Of a stretch of DNA of 64,000 nt, positions 38,499-50,600 are shown one piece after another (position 1 is the stretch's first letter; the number at the start of each line of letters is the position of its first letter). The stretch covers positions 39,579,816 to 39,643,815 of the forward strand of contig CP154954.1 in assembly GCA_039621445.1 (NCBI GenBank). Direction: 5' to 3'. Under the pieces are notes generated by a model. It worked only from the letters and a program-made list of their open reading frames with translations, was not told where the DNA came from and did no database searches. A program made the position numbers and the translations under genes. Source of the DNA: Euglena gracilis. Taxonomy: Eukaryota.

Positions 38499-41400
38499 TT
38501 GCATGTCCACCACTGCGTTGCGGAACGGACAACCATTCTCAACAAGGTTTTTCAGATCGATGTGGACAATCAAAGGGTTTCCAACACGGAACTGGAATAT
38601 TTCTGGAAATATTTGCAGGAAATCAGCAATTATTGCCAACCTAATTTTGAAAGCGCGGGGAAAGACCTTCAGCATTTTAGAGAAATTGTTGACAGTACTT
38701 TGCGCATCCAACTCCCACAAAAATTCCAACAAATCAGTGAAACACTGCATGAAGCGGGAACGCGGAATGATTCTAAGTTTCTGCACGTGCAAGATGGTAT
38801 GCACCATCTTTTTACCGACGTTGAACCATTTTCAACAATGCTACTGCAATGGCAGCAACAGTTACACGCGCAAAATGCCACCCCAAAAATGCCGCAATCG
38901 GTAACTTTGTCGCGGTTGAGCATTTTGCCACACTCTCAGCTTATTTGGAAGACGGCCAACAAAGGATTTTGCTCTGTGCTCGCAAATCGAGCATTTGGAG
39001 CAATTTCAGGCGAAAGTGCAAGATAATTTTGTTCCCTGTATGCAAAGTCAGATTTTGGAGGGATGAATCATACAAATGGAGCAAAAATCCTGCCATTGTT
39101 CCGCCAATCAGGATGGATAAACCTTCTTGGACGCGAAAAACGCGGCTTGCGCATAATGGTTGGATTTCACGCAACGAAAATTGCAAACGGACATTGGCGG
39201 TATTAATGAAACCCATTGTACCTTGTCGTCCTGCACATTAGCGTAAATGTGCTCACTACCCAATATTTCGCGCGTTCGGATATCCGAGTCACCAGAAATT
39301 CGCACTTTTTACAGCAAAATGGTTGTTGACAACAAGGAAACCTTGCAAACATTTTGCCCGAGTTTGGTTCAACTTGAGGAATCTGTGAATCGGAATGCCA
39401 GATCCATGCAAGATGAGGTTTCACGGTTGGATGGCCTAATTTGTGCTTCGTTGGAAATGTCAACCGCGGAAAATTCGCGAACCACTGCAGAAACCCACAC
39501 CAAGACACCCCGCCAACTGCAAAGTTTTTCAAATGCCATAAGAGTGCTTTCGGGACAACTCCGGAATGTGCAGGAGTGCCAAAGAAATCTTGTCCAAAAC
39601 CTACACGCGGTTTTTGAAAAGCTGCCTGACCTGGAAGGTTTTTCCCATTACCACAAACGCATTAGGCATTTGGACACTGAGGTTGACCGTATTTGCGGCC
39701 AACTCCAGTTGGTGGAACATTTGGAAGAAACCGTACATGACTTGTCCGCGAGTTTGGATAAAGTGTCCACTGTGTTACCGGTTGTGCCACCACCTACCGC
39801 GGTAAGCGCTGCGTTTGTTATTCCAAATGTCCCGGAATTGCGTTCTCAGAATTCCGTTTCTGGAATAGGAGTCCCTACTTCTACCGCGAACACGGTACAA
39901 CCATCCGCGAAAACGCGTAATGTACCACCTTTGCCTTTGTCCACACCTCAAAACCACTTTTCAGATGATGTTTCCGATGAGGAAATTGATTCACTGCTCG
40001 AAAATTCGAGTCTCCACCAAGAAATTCATCATTCCACCCTTGTGCAAGGAATGTGCCAACACCCCACACCTGGTATTGGTTATGTGTCGCATTCGCAATT
40101 GGAATAACAGATCATCCTTCGGGTTTTCCGCGGGAAACTGCCACACCGGGAGAAGTTCACCACGTTTCTCGCGTTTACCGCAGGTAAATCCTGCCAGCCT
40201 TACACTTGGTGCGGCAAATACTGCACAGATCACATTGGAAACGGAAAATACGCCAAATGTGTTTGGTGTTAAGAATTACCCGGACCCAAACCGCTAGTAT
40301 ACAACAGAGGGTCAGCGGGTTACCAGAGAAACTTCAAGGGCACCGACGCAAACGCGAACAAGGTGAAACCTCAGTGGGACGGTGATCCAACCACACGGAG
40401 ACAATTTCTTCGGGACTTGGAGTACTACTGGGCACTAAAGGGACACACCCAAGTTCAGAATCCCGAGGTAGCCAAGATGAAATTAATTGATTGCCTACCG
40501 GGGAAGGAGCGAGAACGCGCACGTAAGTTGGTGATACGTAATGGCGTACCCTTTGATGAACTGGTTGAGCAATACGCTTCAATAAACTCAAGCTTGGTCA
40601 CCAGGATTACCCCGGAAAACAAATGACGACAAAGTGCGCCACCGGATTGTAAATGGAAATCCTTTGACCTTTGGTATGCCAAATGGTTAGCACCTTAGCG
40701 AGAAGCAAATGCGCGAACAATTCGATGCGGTTTTGTTGCATTTCACACCATCCCTCGTGAAGGATATCCATCGCAAGGAGTTGGCGTGGCACGTAATGAC
40801 TCTTTCACAACGTTAGAATTATGTGTCAAAGCAACTCAAGCTCACACAAGTTTTGGGACAAACACAGTCCGCTTTCCGAACGCATCTGAACACGGGAATC
40901 CCTGCGGGCGCGGGTAATGCGTTACAAAAATCACCCACGTCACCACGACAACCCACCATGGGTGCAAAAAAGCGGACTCAGCGTTCTTCACACCAATGCA
41001 CGGATAAGCTGTGCTTTTTGTGCAGAGCTAGTCACATGTCTCGGGAATGCCGGAACCCCGATGCCTGAAAGCGTATTGGAAGTCCAAGGGGCTCGACCAC
41101 CTCACGGAGATCAGATTCCTCGGCGTTTTCACGTCAATCGGGCGCTTGACGGTCCTCGGACAACTACTTTGGCGGCAGTAGGCCCAAGTCACTTTCACGT
41201 GATGGTCGGGAAACCCGTCCTTCTCAAGATCGGTCACCTGGTCCTCCTGCCAGAAAACAGGATTTCAATTGCTATTCTTCACGATCCCGATCGTGAATTG
41301 GATCATCCTTTTCGTGTGAGTCACGGGGTCAACCCCGGAACACCGCTCATGGTCCACAGGAAAACCGTTCACCACGACGGTTTGACGGTAGAACGGAGTA

Positions 41401-44400
41401 CCGTTCTCCCCGTTATGCGGAATCTTGTCACAAATCCCGTTATCCACTTTTGCGGTTCCAAGGAACACCACTCATCCAAATGTCCCAGATCTCGTTCCCC
41501 ACGTCCTGGCTACGGAAATTGCGGTAAGCGCCGCGAGGACCGTGGTACCTCCTCCAACCGGCAAACAGTTGGTTTCCAGGTACCTTGTTTGGAAGAGGAC
41601 ACTCCGGCCACGGGCAGGGAGGGGGATGAGACCTCGGACGGGTATTTAATGAGGCCCGAATGGCGGTGCGCTCATTGAATTCCACCAATTCCGCCAAAAA
41701 GTCCGTTGCCGGCTATGCGGCCGGTTCGGACTTGGAGTAGGGGTGCCCGAGGTCGGAGGGCACGGACCTCTGGGCTGATGAAAAGATGGAGGTAAGACGT
41801 GATCAACCTTGCCCCACCTGCCCATCCGCCTTCCGGTCGGTACACAGAATTATTTCGGGTCCCCTTCCCTCCACTCCACATTTCCGCTAGGAATGCTGAG
41901 AAAAGTAGGAAAGGGTTCATGGGAAAAGTTGGCATGCAAAAGCACTTCCGCCTGGCCCTTCACTCTGCGTTCCACCAATGTAGTTAATCGCCCAAGCAAA
42001 AAAATACGCATTCAAAAATTTTCCACCGAAGTAAAAATTCTAATTGACACTGGTTGTCGCATTGCACTGCTTTTTCGGTTGGGGTTCATTCCGACCCGTC
42101 TCTTGGTAAACGCCAAGGAACCGATCAAAATTACAACCGCGGAATACACCCCCATGTGCGCTGGTGCTTTGGGATGTATGCTCGAGGTACTCTTGCCCAT
42201 AATTCCCAGCATAATTCGCACCCCCAACAAATTTGCAACATTTCACCAATATTTGGGGTTACGAGGCCGGAATTCATGGGTCTGACGGGTAATGTTGGGA
42301 TACCCACATTTACGCCGATATGGATTTGTTGTGGATTGCCACTCACACGGTTTGCGCACAGCACCCACCTCCGCATTGCCACCCAAACCACCATCACCGT
42401 TGGCGTCCACCATGACGACCAACCCTTTGGCAACGCTTGGTGTCCACCATACCAACCACCGTTTTCCACACCCGGGTTACGGAGAAAGCCTCCCCCCTAC
42501 TCAATGACGCATCTACGTGCGTTACACATGAGGTAGGGCAAGCGAGTAGCGGTACACCAGCCGTTTCACTGGGTTCCAAGACGAAAGCCCAAAGGCCTGC
42601 AGTACGTATGGTAACGAGTACTCGCCCTGCTAAAGCACCACTCCGTTTTCCACCAGTTTTGCCGAATCCAGGCACACCTGTACAAGACTCACCGGCTAAT
42701 GCCGTCGACATCCACTTAAAAAAGTACCCGTTACATCACCTCACTTCCTCCAATGCGTGCACTGCAGGAGAAATTCCACCCAATCGGATTTCGATTGTGG
42801 ATGTTTAGTTCAAAAGGCAATTTCAAAAACGAAGTCCACACCCCAGGATACAGTTGGTTGTAGCCCGCAATGCGTGGAGATACACCAAGTACTCCAACAA
42901 CGCGGATTAGCCTCGTTGTTTGGAAACGCGAAATGCGTCCTTCCTAATCAGAATCTCGATCACACTTGGTGTGTATTTGATGCCGAATGGGGAAAACCCC
43001 AGCCTGTCCAAACTCCCTTGGGATTAACCCTTGAGGTGGTAGAAGACAGCCCGCATGTTTGTGGATCCATTCATTGTGTTCCTTCACTCCAACACGGAAA
43101 GCGGGTGCATGAATACGCGAGACGTGTATTGAATGCTTTCGATTTTGGTCAATATCGCATTTTGGAAAGGCGGTTTTCCAAAATCACGACATTGGCTGAT
43201 TCCTTTGATTGGATATTGATGCCTTCTCATCCAAAGCGCATGCCCGTTTGCCACGTCATTAGTCACAACACTCCAACGCATTTGATAAATTTTGGGGTGA
43301 TACGGTTTTTTGGATGCACACAAAACCAAAGGTTCTCGAATGTGCGGTTGATAAAATTCTGCGGGATGAAGCCGGTGGAGTTATTCTCATACCCATCATT
43401 CCGGGTGCGGAAAGGTTCACCTAACTATCGTACATCCGTTTTCATTGGTGTTATTTACCCACTAGTGTACTGATTTTCGACGACTTTTGTGGTAAAATGT
43501 GGTAAAAAAATACCACCCTTACAAAGAACACATTTTGCGTGTATGGTTCTTCGATGCAATGGGAATTTCCGAAATCGCGGTGCCGAGGAAGCTCAGTAGC
43601 CACCGGGATGGAACCCTGGCAGTTTCCGCGGTCATCGAGAGTGCAGGTCAGCATCTTAAGTCAGCGAATTCTGTTCACGGATCACCGCAAATTTCATGAT
43701 GTGCTGGAAAAAGCAGTATACGAGTGCGAAATCGACCCCGCAATACGCGGTCTGTTCGGCGTTTGCAAGTCTGAGCTTAAGGAAGGAGCTAGCCGGTGCA
43801 CAGAAAATTATTTTGTTGTTCGAGAGAACGTTGAAAGGCTCTCAATGAAATGATTGAGAAGTTTATTCAACGCAACTGGACTGTATCCTCGAAAAGTGAG
43901 TGCACATACCAGGCAATTTTAGTTCCTAAACCCCCAGACCCCTCAGGTCAGAAGAAATGGAGACTGGTGCTGGATTACCGGTACCTGAACTCCCGGACAA
44001 GGGATGGTCTCATCCCGCTCCCCCTAGCGGAGGTTTCGATCACTAAGCGACTGGAAAACCGGTTGTGGTCAATTTTTTTTTCGATCTGAAGAATGCTTTT
44101 CACAAAATGCACTTACACCCCGAATCACAACCATACACGACTTTCGTACCAATGGACGGTACTCCCCACGGGTGTTAGGAGTGGCCCAGCCATGTTTCAC
44201 CGCATGATCCAATGGGTTTACCGCGACTTACCGTTTGCCATTGTGTATATTGATGATGTGCTGGTGGGAATACCACCAGCATCCGCAAAATCGAGCGGGG
44301 ATATCCTCGACACACACTTTCACCGTGTTTGCGCGGTATAAACCGCCTTCCAAAAACCTGCGCTTTTCACGAAGGGCGCGAAAATGCATTTGTTTTGCGA

Positions 44401-44830
44401 GCTTATAAAATTTTGCAGAAACATCCTCAGCAATGGATTTCAGAACGCCGCTCCAAGCAAACTTGGGGACGTTAAGAAATGGACCCCTGCAGTAATCAAG
44501 ACGATTACCCACCTCAAAGGATGTTTGGGACTATCCCAATACTATGCAATATACAGGAGGGAATTCGCGTAAATCACGGTGCCCCTCACCAAACAGCTCA
44601 AAACGCAGGCGGTTGACAACACCATGTCATTTGGGATGACCAAATGCGCGAGGCCCTTGAGGAAATCAGAGTTTTGCTTTTGGAGAATGTTGTACTCGAA
44701 GTTTCGGACCCGTACGAACGTTATGTGCTGGAAGCCAACAGCAGAGATTACGCTGTTGGCGGAGATCTTAGCCAGCAATACGCGTCGAATGAACTCCGAC
44801 CTGTGGCTTTCTTCAGCAGAAATTAGCAGG
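38499..44830 (+). mobile_element. decayed Ty3/Gypsy-like retrotransposon A (gag-PR-[MTase-like]-RT-RNaseH), 3' truncated
   Basis: Zinc knuckles CFLCRASHMSREC (~41010) and HFCGSKEHHSSKC (~41445). Protease ILIDTG (42046). RT WRLVLDYRYLN and YIDD (44246-44257). RNase H DYAVGGDLSQ..RPVAFFSR. Confidence 0.88.
43150..43520 (+). pseudogene. Dam-like amino-methyltransferase-like domain in Gypsy A
   Basis: Manual translation DIDAFSSKAHARLPRH*SQHSNAFDKFWGDTVFWMHTKPKVLECAVDKILRDEAGGVILIP. Motif IV is degenerate. Confidence 0.65.
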
Positions 44831-44866
44831 GAGACGCCTTGTTTGGCTGTTTTGGACACTGAGGTC

Positions 44867-45036
44867 TAAGCAATTGGCCGGTCCGAAGCAAGCAAATGGC
44901 CGGTCCGAAGCAAGTAAATGGACGCTGGAACGGGCAAGCAAATGGCGTGCGTGGCCAAAGCAAACAAATGGCTGCTAGTGCGGCTGAAGCAAGCAAATGG
45001 CTGGTAGTGCGGTCGAAGCAAGCAAATGGCTGCAAG
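44867..45036. repeat. minisatellite with core gaagcaagcaaatggc
   Basis: About 7 imperfect units of 20-33 bp between two converging Gypsy fragments. Confidence 0.85.
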
Positions 45037-46139
45037 CGCGCCTTAGCAGCCACCACCACCTCCAATTAAAATTGTGGTTTTTTTTTGGTACTGGAAAAGT
45101 CTGGGACACATTCAGAATATTTGGCTGTGTACGGCTCAGTGTATTCTTTGTCAAGCAATCCTTGTGTGGTTTTTTCAAGTACCTCTTTCCTCTTACCGTG
45201 CATGAAAAAAGGATTCTGTCTTGTTGGCTTTGCCCCCTCCTTCAACGGTACGTGTGCATATCCATATTGCCCTCTTTCCGGGGGGTCCGGAAATGGCGAT
45301 GACCGAAATACCGTCCCCCTGTAACCCTGCAATACTTGTTCACTTAATTTAGCCACCCGTTCATCCACTTTTTCGTCCTCCCATTTCTTGCAATTCTCAT
45401 TTGGTTGACAACTTGCACTGGGGGGTCAATTCCCTCCAAATTTGTGGCAATATCCCCCAGGTCCTCGTCACTCCAAAATTGCAATTCCTGGTCCACCACT
45501 TCCAAAAGCAAACAAATACCAAGTTTCTGCAAATTAAACGAAGCCCCGTACGCCACAGTCACATTGTCTTCTGAAAAGTTTGTGTCATCCCCCAATTTTT
45601 GCGGCCCCTCCGTCTTTCAACACCCCGCAAAAAAAAGGTCGCGGCTGTCTTTCACAAACGCCTTGTGGAGTGTAAAACTTCCCATTTTTGCCCCCGCTAA
45701 TAAAAGAATAAGAAAGAATTTCGTCAACTTTGATGTTTGCCTCATAAAATTTATCCTCATATTCCACACACCCAGGACCCCTTTCTGCATTCCATTTTTG
45801 TTGAACGATCCCTTTTACCTTTGCGCATATGCTCCCCCCGCCAAAGTTTGCCCATTGGCCGTCTCAAACCTTAACAGGTCCTTAGTAAGATACATTAGGT
45901 GGTCCCGTATCAACCCTTGTTGAATGAGGTTTGCCTAAGCCCCCGTGTCAATCAAAACTTGGACATTTTTCCTCCCCATTTGCCAACCGTATCTGTGTTT
46001 TTAACAGCAGTTGTCTGTACTCTCCAATATTCTTCGCACCTCCCCGGGTTTTCGTCCCCCTCGGCATTTTTTTTTCTTCAGCCGCACCAATTTTTTCTTC
46101 CCTGGGGCTGCCCCCCCCTGGGAGGGTTGCCTTCTATCA

Positions 46140-46500
46140 TAACCAATCAATAGCCCCACATCCCCACAAAGGGTATCCCTCAAAATCCTCCCATCAGCCC
46201 CAAACAACTTTGTCCTCTAGGGAAAATAAATCTTTTTGACAGCAATGGCCACAAGTTTTTTCACCAACCTCCTACTCCAGTCTGGGTGAATAGAAATTAC
46301 CCGACAATTGGAATTTTGGCAAATCATCCACCTCAGGCCACAAAGTACAGGCGGCCACACAAAGTTTCCTCCTCCCCCAATCCTTTTTCATGGCATCGTC
46401 ATTCTCCCAATAAAATTTTCACACCTGCATTTTGGCTGGTTGCTAAAAACAATCCCGTTCGCCTACCAAGAACTCCTCAATAGAAAATTTTTCCTTCATA
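46140..46500 (-). pseudogene. Dam-like amino-methyltransferase-like domain in Gypsy C
   Basis: Frameshifted pieces RDCF..SQNA, DDAMKKDW, LWPEV, VISIHPDW, VKKIYFP, TKLF are collinear with the NPPF domain at 51430-51840. Confidence 0.55.
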
Positions 46501-46554
46501 ATAATCCTCCCCTAAACTTTTTTTTTTTTTTCCCAACCCTTAGCAACACTCCCG

Positions 46555-46990
46555 TTGTTTGGGCATCCTCCAATTTTTTTGAGTTCCAACTGTCATTCCA
46601 TATCCCAGCTTTTCACGGTGAATCCTCCCCCTAGGAATCAAATTCGGGCAGGTCTGGCCCTCACAAAGTTTGTTTTGTAGCGTGCTCAAATTTTCTCTCC
46701 CCCACTCCCCCAGATATGGGTGGTTTTTGATATCCCCAGTCTGAAAACTGACAACAGTCAACATTGAAAAAAGTCAAATTTTTAACACAGGGTCTTTTAC
46801 GCAAAAGCCCATGACGGGGACTTTCAATCCACCACAACTTTTGTTTGAAGTATTCGACAGTTTCCAAAGTTTTTTTGACCAGCCGATGTGCCCCCTCCAA
46901 TTTTCTGATTCCAAACGTTTTCGCCAAGCTGTATTCTGGACGTCTCAGAAAATTCTTTTCTTTTTCTTGAAATCCTCGGATTCCCAATTT
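46555..46990 (-). pseudogene. C5-cytosine DNA methyltransferase-like domain (virus/phage small-MTase type)
   Basis: PEYSLAKT..RKLEGAHRLVKKTLETVEYFKQKLWWIESPRHGLL...VDCCQFSDWGYQKP, then HIWG, NKLCEGQTCPNL and WRMP in adjacent frames. Matches the pattern PPCTEYS.AKT / WxIENP / VDYC..GY.K.T / YRIP. Confidence 0.75.
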
Positions 46991-47639
46991 TCTTCATATT
47001 TCAATTGTCCCAAAGACGTAAACACAAATCAATGTGAAGACATTGAACCAGAGCGAGCAGTCTGCGGGGGGAAAGTTCGAATTAGGAATACAAAAACCAG
47101 TCCGGCAGTAAGGTAAGCGGTCAGCAAAATAGTTCGCATACGCCCCCCATGCCAGAGGACGCGGCACCACAGGCACATGACGAAACGGCATCACACCACA
47201 GAAAAAAATGGCTTTACTGTTTTTCAAGCACTGATGAATGGTGTTCAACATGAATTGTCCACAAAAAGGTTCAGAACGACAAGTGTCAACGCAAAGTAAG
47301 GTAAAAGACGTTCCTTCCGACGTTCAACTTGGTCCCTTCACTTCTTGGTTGGCTTTTCATTCGAAGGTAACACAAACCTGGGCGAAACTCCTTGCATCAA
47401 TGGCAGGTTTGTGTCTGAAAGCCTTCAAAGGTTAGACAACAATCCACCCATGGCGAGGCGGGTTGGTGTCTCCTGAACCGAAAAACAATCCAAAAGGTCC
47501 TCTGGGGTGGCATGACTTTCCTCCCGCGTGACTGAAAGCACGATCAAAACATTTGGGGGGAGCTCAGGCTGTCTCTTGTGCTGCCAACCGCCATTCACAT
47601 TCTGAAACGTCACAAAACATTCTGAGCCCCTGGCGTAGG

Positions 47640-50600
47640 ATCGGTTGTAAATTGTGATCCACACAATAATTCTTGAAAATCTTATTCATTCTGCCACCTG
47701 GTTGCACAAAAGAAGCCACAGGCTCTCATGTACTGCTGCTTGCCGGAAAATTCTCCCACCAAACCAATTTCCATCCCCCTTGGTACTTGTGCTTCAAAAT
47801 CTTGTAAACATCGTAAAAACCCAGTTGTGCTTGTTCTTCTTCTGACATCTGAAGAGGGGGTCCCCTACCTGGTCTGAAATGGGGGTGTCACCCTCCATTG
47901 GGGCTCCCACAACCACATCACTGGTCAAAAGGTCTGGGTCTTCTTCCAAAAGACTTTCTTCATGTGAAGCAACCTCCCACTTTTTTGCAGAAACCCGAAG
48001 AGACATCAATGGCCCCTCCCAAAGATGGACTGCTAGCAATTTGCACTGATTTGAACCTCGGTTTGAGAACCCGAAAAGGTCCTTGCCAGGGCGGGGAAAG
48101 CTTGGGCCATCATGTGTTTGGCCATCCTTTGTTGTGCACCAAATCATAGTCATCTTTATTTTTTGCTGGTTCCCTCCCTTTGTTGGCACTCTCAAAATCT
48201 TTTTTCCTCAATTCTTTCAATCTCTGGGAAGCTCTTTCTTGAATCTGAATTTGGGCCAAAAGCCGGGAATGGGTGTCTGGGTTTGTCACCGGTTCTGGGG
48301 GTAATACAAACCTCCAAGCTGTTCCCAAAAAAATGTCATGGCGTGGCAACATTGTTGTCGGGGAAAACTGCACACTCATCAAAAACGTACAATAAGGAAT
48401 AAATTGAACCCAACTTTTGTCCTTGGAAGATATGTTCAAAGCTCGCATATGCTTCAAAAACATTTTGTTGTCATTTTCAACCAAATCGTTTGATCTGGGG
48501 TTCCGGGGTACCGAAAACGATAATTTCACATCTAGACCTTTAAAAGCTGTCTGATAAAAACAACTGGGTTGTCTGAATCCGACGTAGTTGTCATACCTCA
48601 CAACGGACGATTTTCCAAAAAACTGAAATCCACCGGTCCAAAATGAGTCTCAAAACACCTTCTCCGGGTACCGTTTTCTGTGTGGGAATGAATTGGAAAA
48701 AAATGGGACAAATTGTCGACCAAAGTCAGCACATAGTCAAAACCATTGTAGGGGTCCATTTGCACAAAAACGAAACACAAAACTTCATTGCTCACTGTTG
48801 GAACGGGTTAAGAACAGACCTTTCCACGGTCGCTGGGGCGGTTTTGTTTTGAAAGGGTGCAAATTTCATATGTCATCACAATGGCCCTGCAAATTTCCAA
48901 CATGTCTTTCTTGGAAACCTTGGACTGAAAATGGCTCATAAAAAATCAGTGTCCTTTCAGCACCAACATGGTTGCTTGCCTTGTGACATTCATCCAAACA
49001 AACCTTCAACAAATGAGACGGAACAACCAATTTTCCTTCACAGTACATGGCCTTGGCAGATCAGAACCAGAAGTTATTGTCAATGAAACAGGGTTTTGAA
49101 ACCTCCAGTTTCTGCCAAAATTCTTTCAGTTCTGAACTCAAATAATCCTTTTCAGACGCTTGCACTCTGTGGGACAAGCTGAAAACATTTTGTGAAAACA
49201 GGTCAAGCTGAACATCCACTTTCTGAAAAGCGTTCCTTGCTACTTACTCAAAATGAATTTCAAATTTGTTCTCAAAATCAGCACGAGACAAAAAAATCAC
49301 AGAATTCATTTTTGCAACCTGCCACGTGAACAAATATTCAGTTTGAACTGGTGTAAAAAAAACATACATCCTTCTCAGTCGTTTGTTGAGAGGGGATTCA
49401 CCCTTCTGAAAAGAGATGGCTGCCACATTGTCTGTGAACCGCACAATTGGCAGATTTTGAAAATTCCTTGTTTGTGAAGCAATGACCAACACACTTCTCA
49501 AAATTTCCTTTTCCCACGTGGTGTATTTTTTTCTTGCTTCACTCCATTTCCAGTTGTAGTGGCCCAAGGGCACCAACCTCATTTCACTGGGGTATTTGCT
49601 TGGGTCCCATCCACCTTCACACCACTTGTTCGAAAATTCTCAGGAATTTGTATTTGTTGGAGGGTTTGCAACTGAAACAACGCAGAACCACCTCCTAAAT
49701 GCGAACTGTCAGTCACCAAAACAATCTCTCCCGAAGTTCTTGTGGTATCCAAAACATCAAGGGAAGATAATTTCCTTTTCAAAGCATAACAACTCTCCTT
49801 CTTTTCAGTCCACTTCCATTTCACATTCTTTTTCAGAAGACCTGTCAGTGGGGCTGAGTCAAATGTAAACCCTTCCATGTGTCTGCGGTAAAAATTAATG
49901 GCTCCCAACATTCGCCTCAAATACCTTTGATTCTGAACTCGAAAACTCAAAATTGGTTCAGTGTTCCTCTTGTTTGCCGCCACATTCCCTATCCCAACGA
50001 GAAGCCCAAGTAGTCAGTAGTCTTATTCAGAAAAGAACATTTGCTCGATTTGACTCTCACTTGGTTCTTTCTGCAACTTCAAACCACTTTTCCAAAAGAT
50101 ACGAATGGTCCTCCTCAGAGTTTGCACTAACCCCTGTGTCACCGGAAAAGAAGCCAGGTGTCCATCCTTCAAAGTCTTTTTCACCCTCAAAACCGTTTGG
50201 CATTGGGAGGTTCGGATTTACATCAACTCCTGAAAAATCCCTGGGGCATTCATCAACCGAAATATTATCCTTTTCGGACGAAAACACCTCCCTGAAGGAA
50301 TGCAAAATTCAGACAAACCTGCTGCGCTTTTTGTGATTGCGATTTGCCAATACCCACTCCTCATGTCCAGGGCACTTTTGAACCGACACTTGGCCAAACT
50401 TTCAGTCCGAATTTCCATGTTTGGCAAAAACCCTGCAAGTGCCTTGATTCTGGAATTCAATTTTCTGTAATGAATGACCGTCCTTCTGGTACTTGACCAT
50501 TTTTTTGTCCACCAAAAATGTGGGGCTGCACACCTGGGGGATTTCACCAACTGGGAACTGCTCAATCAACCCTGACTTTAGCAATTCTTCACACTGAAGA

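Larger units (their letters stand above)
45066..47010 (-). mobile_element. decayed Ty3/Gypsy-like fragment C (C5-MTase-like, N6-MTase-like, PR, RT N-terminus)
   Basis: Protease VQVLIDTG (45940-45965). Pre-RT segment PPERGQYGYAHVPLKEGAKPTRQNPF..HG...LLDK..EP. MTase motifs lie upstream. Confidence 0.8.

Noticed and set aside
44867-45036. CRISPR-like repeat-spacer pattern
   Set aside because: Repeats are short and degenerate, spacers are similar to each other, there are no cas genes, and the context is eukaryotic.
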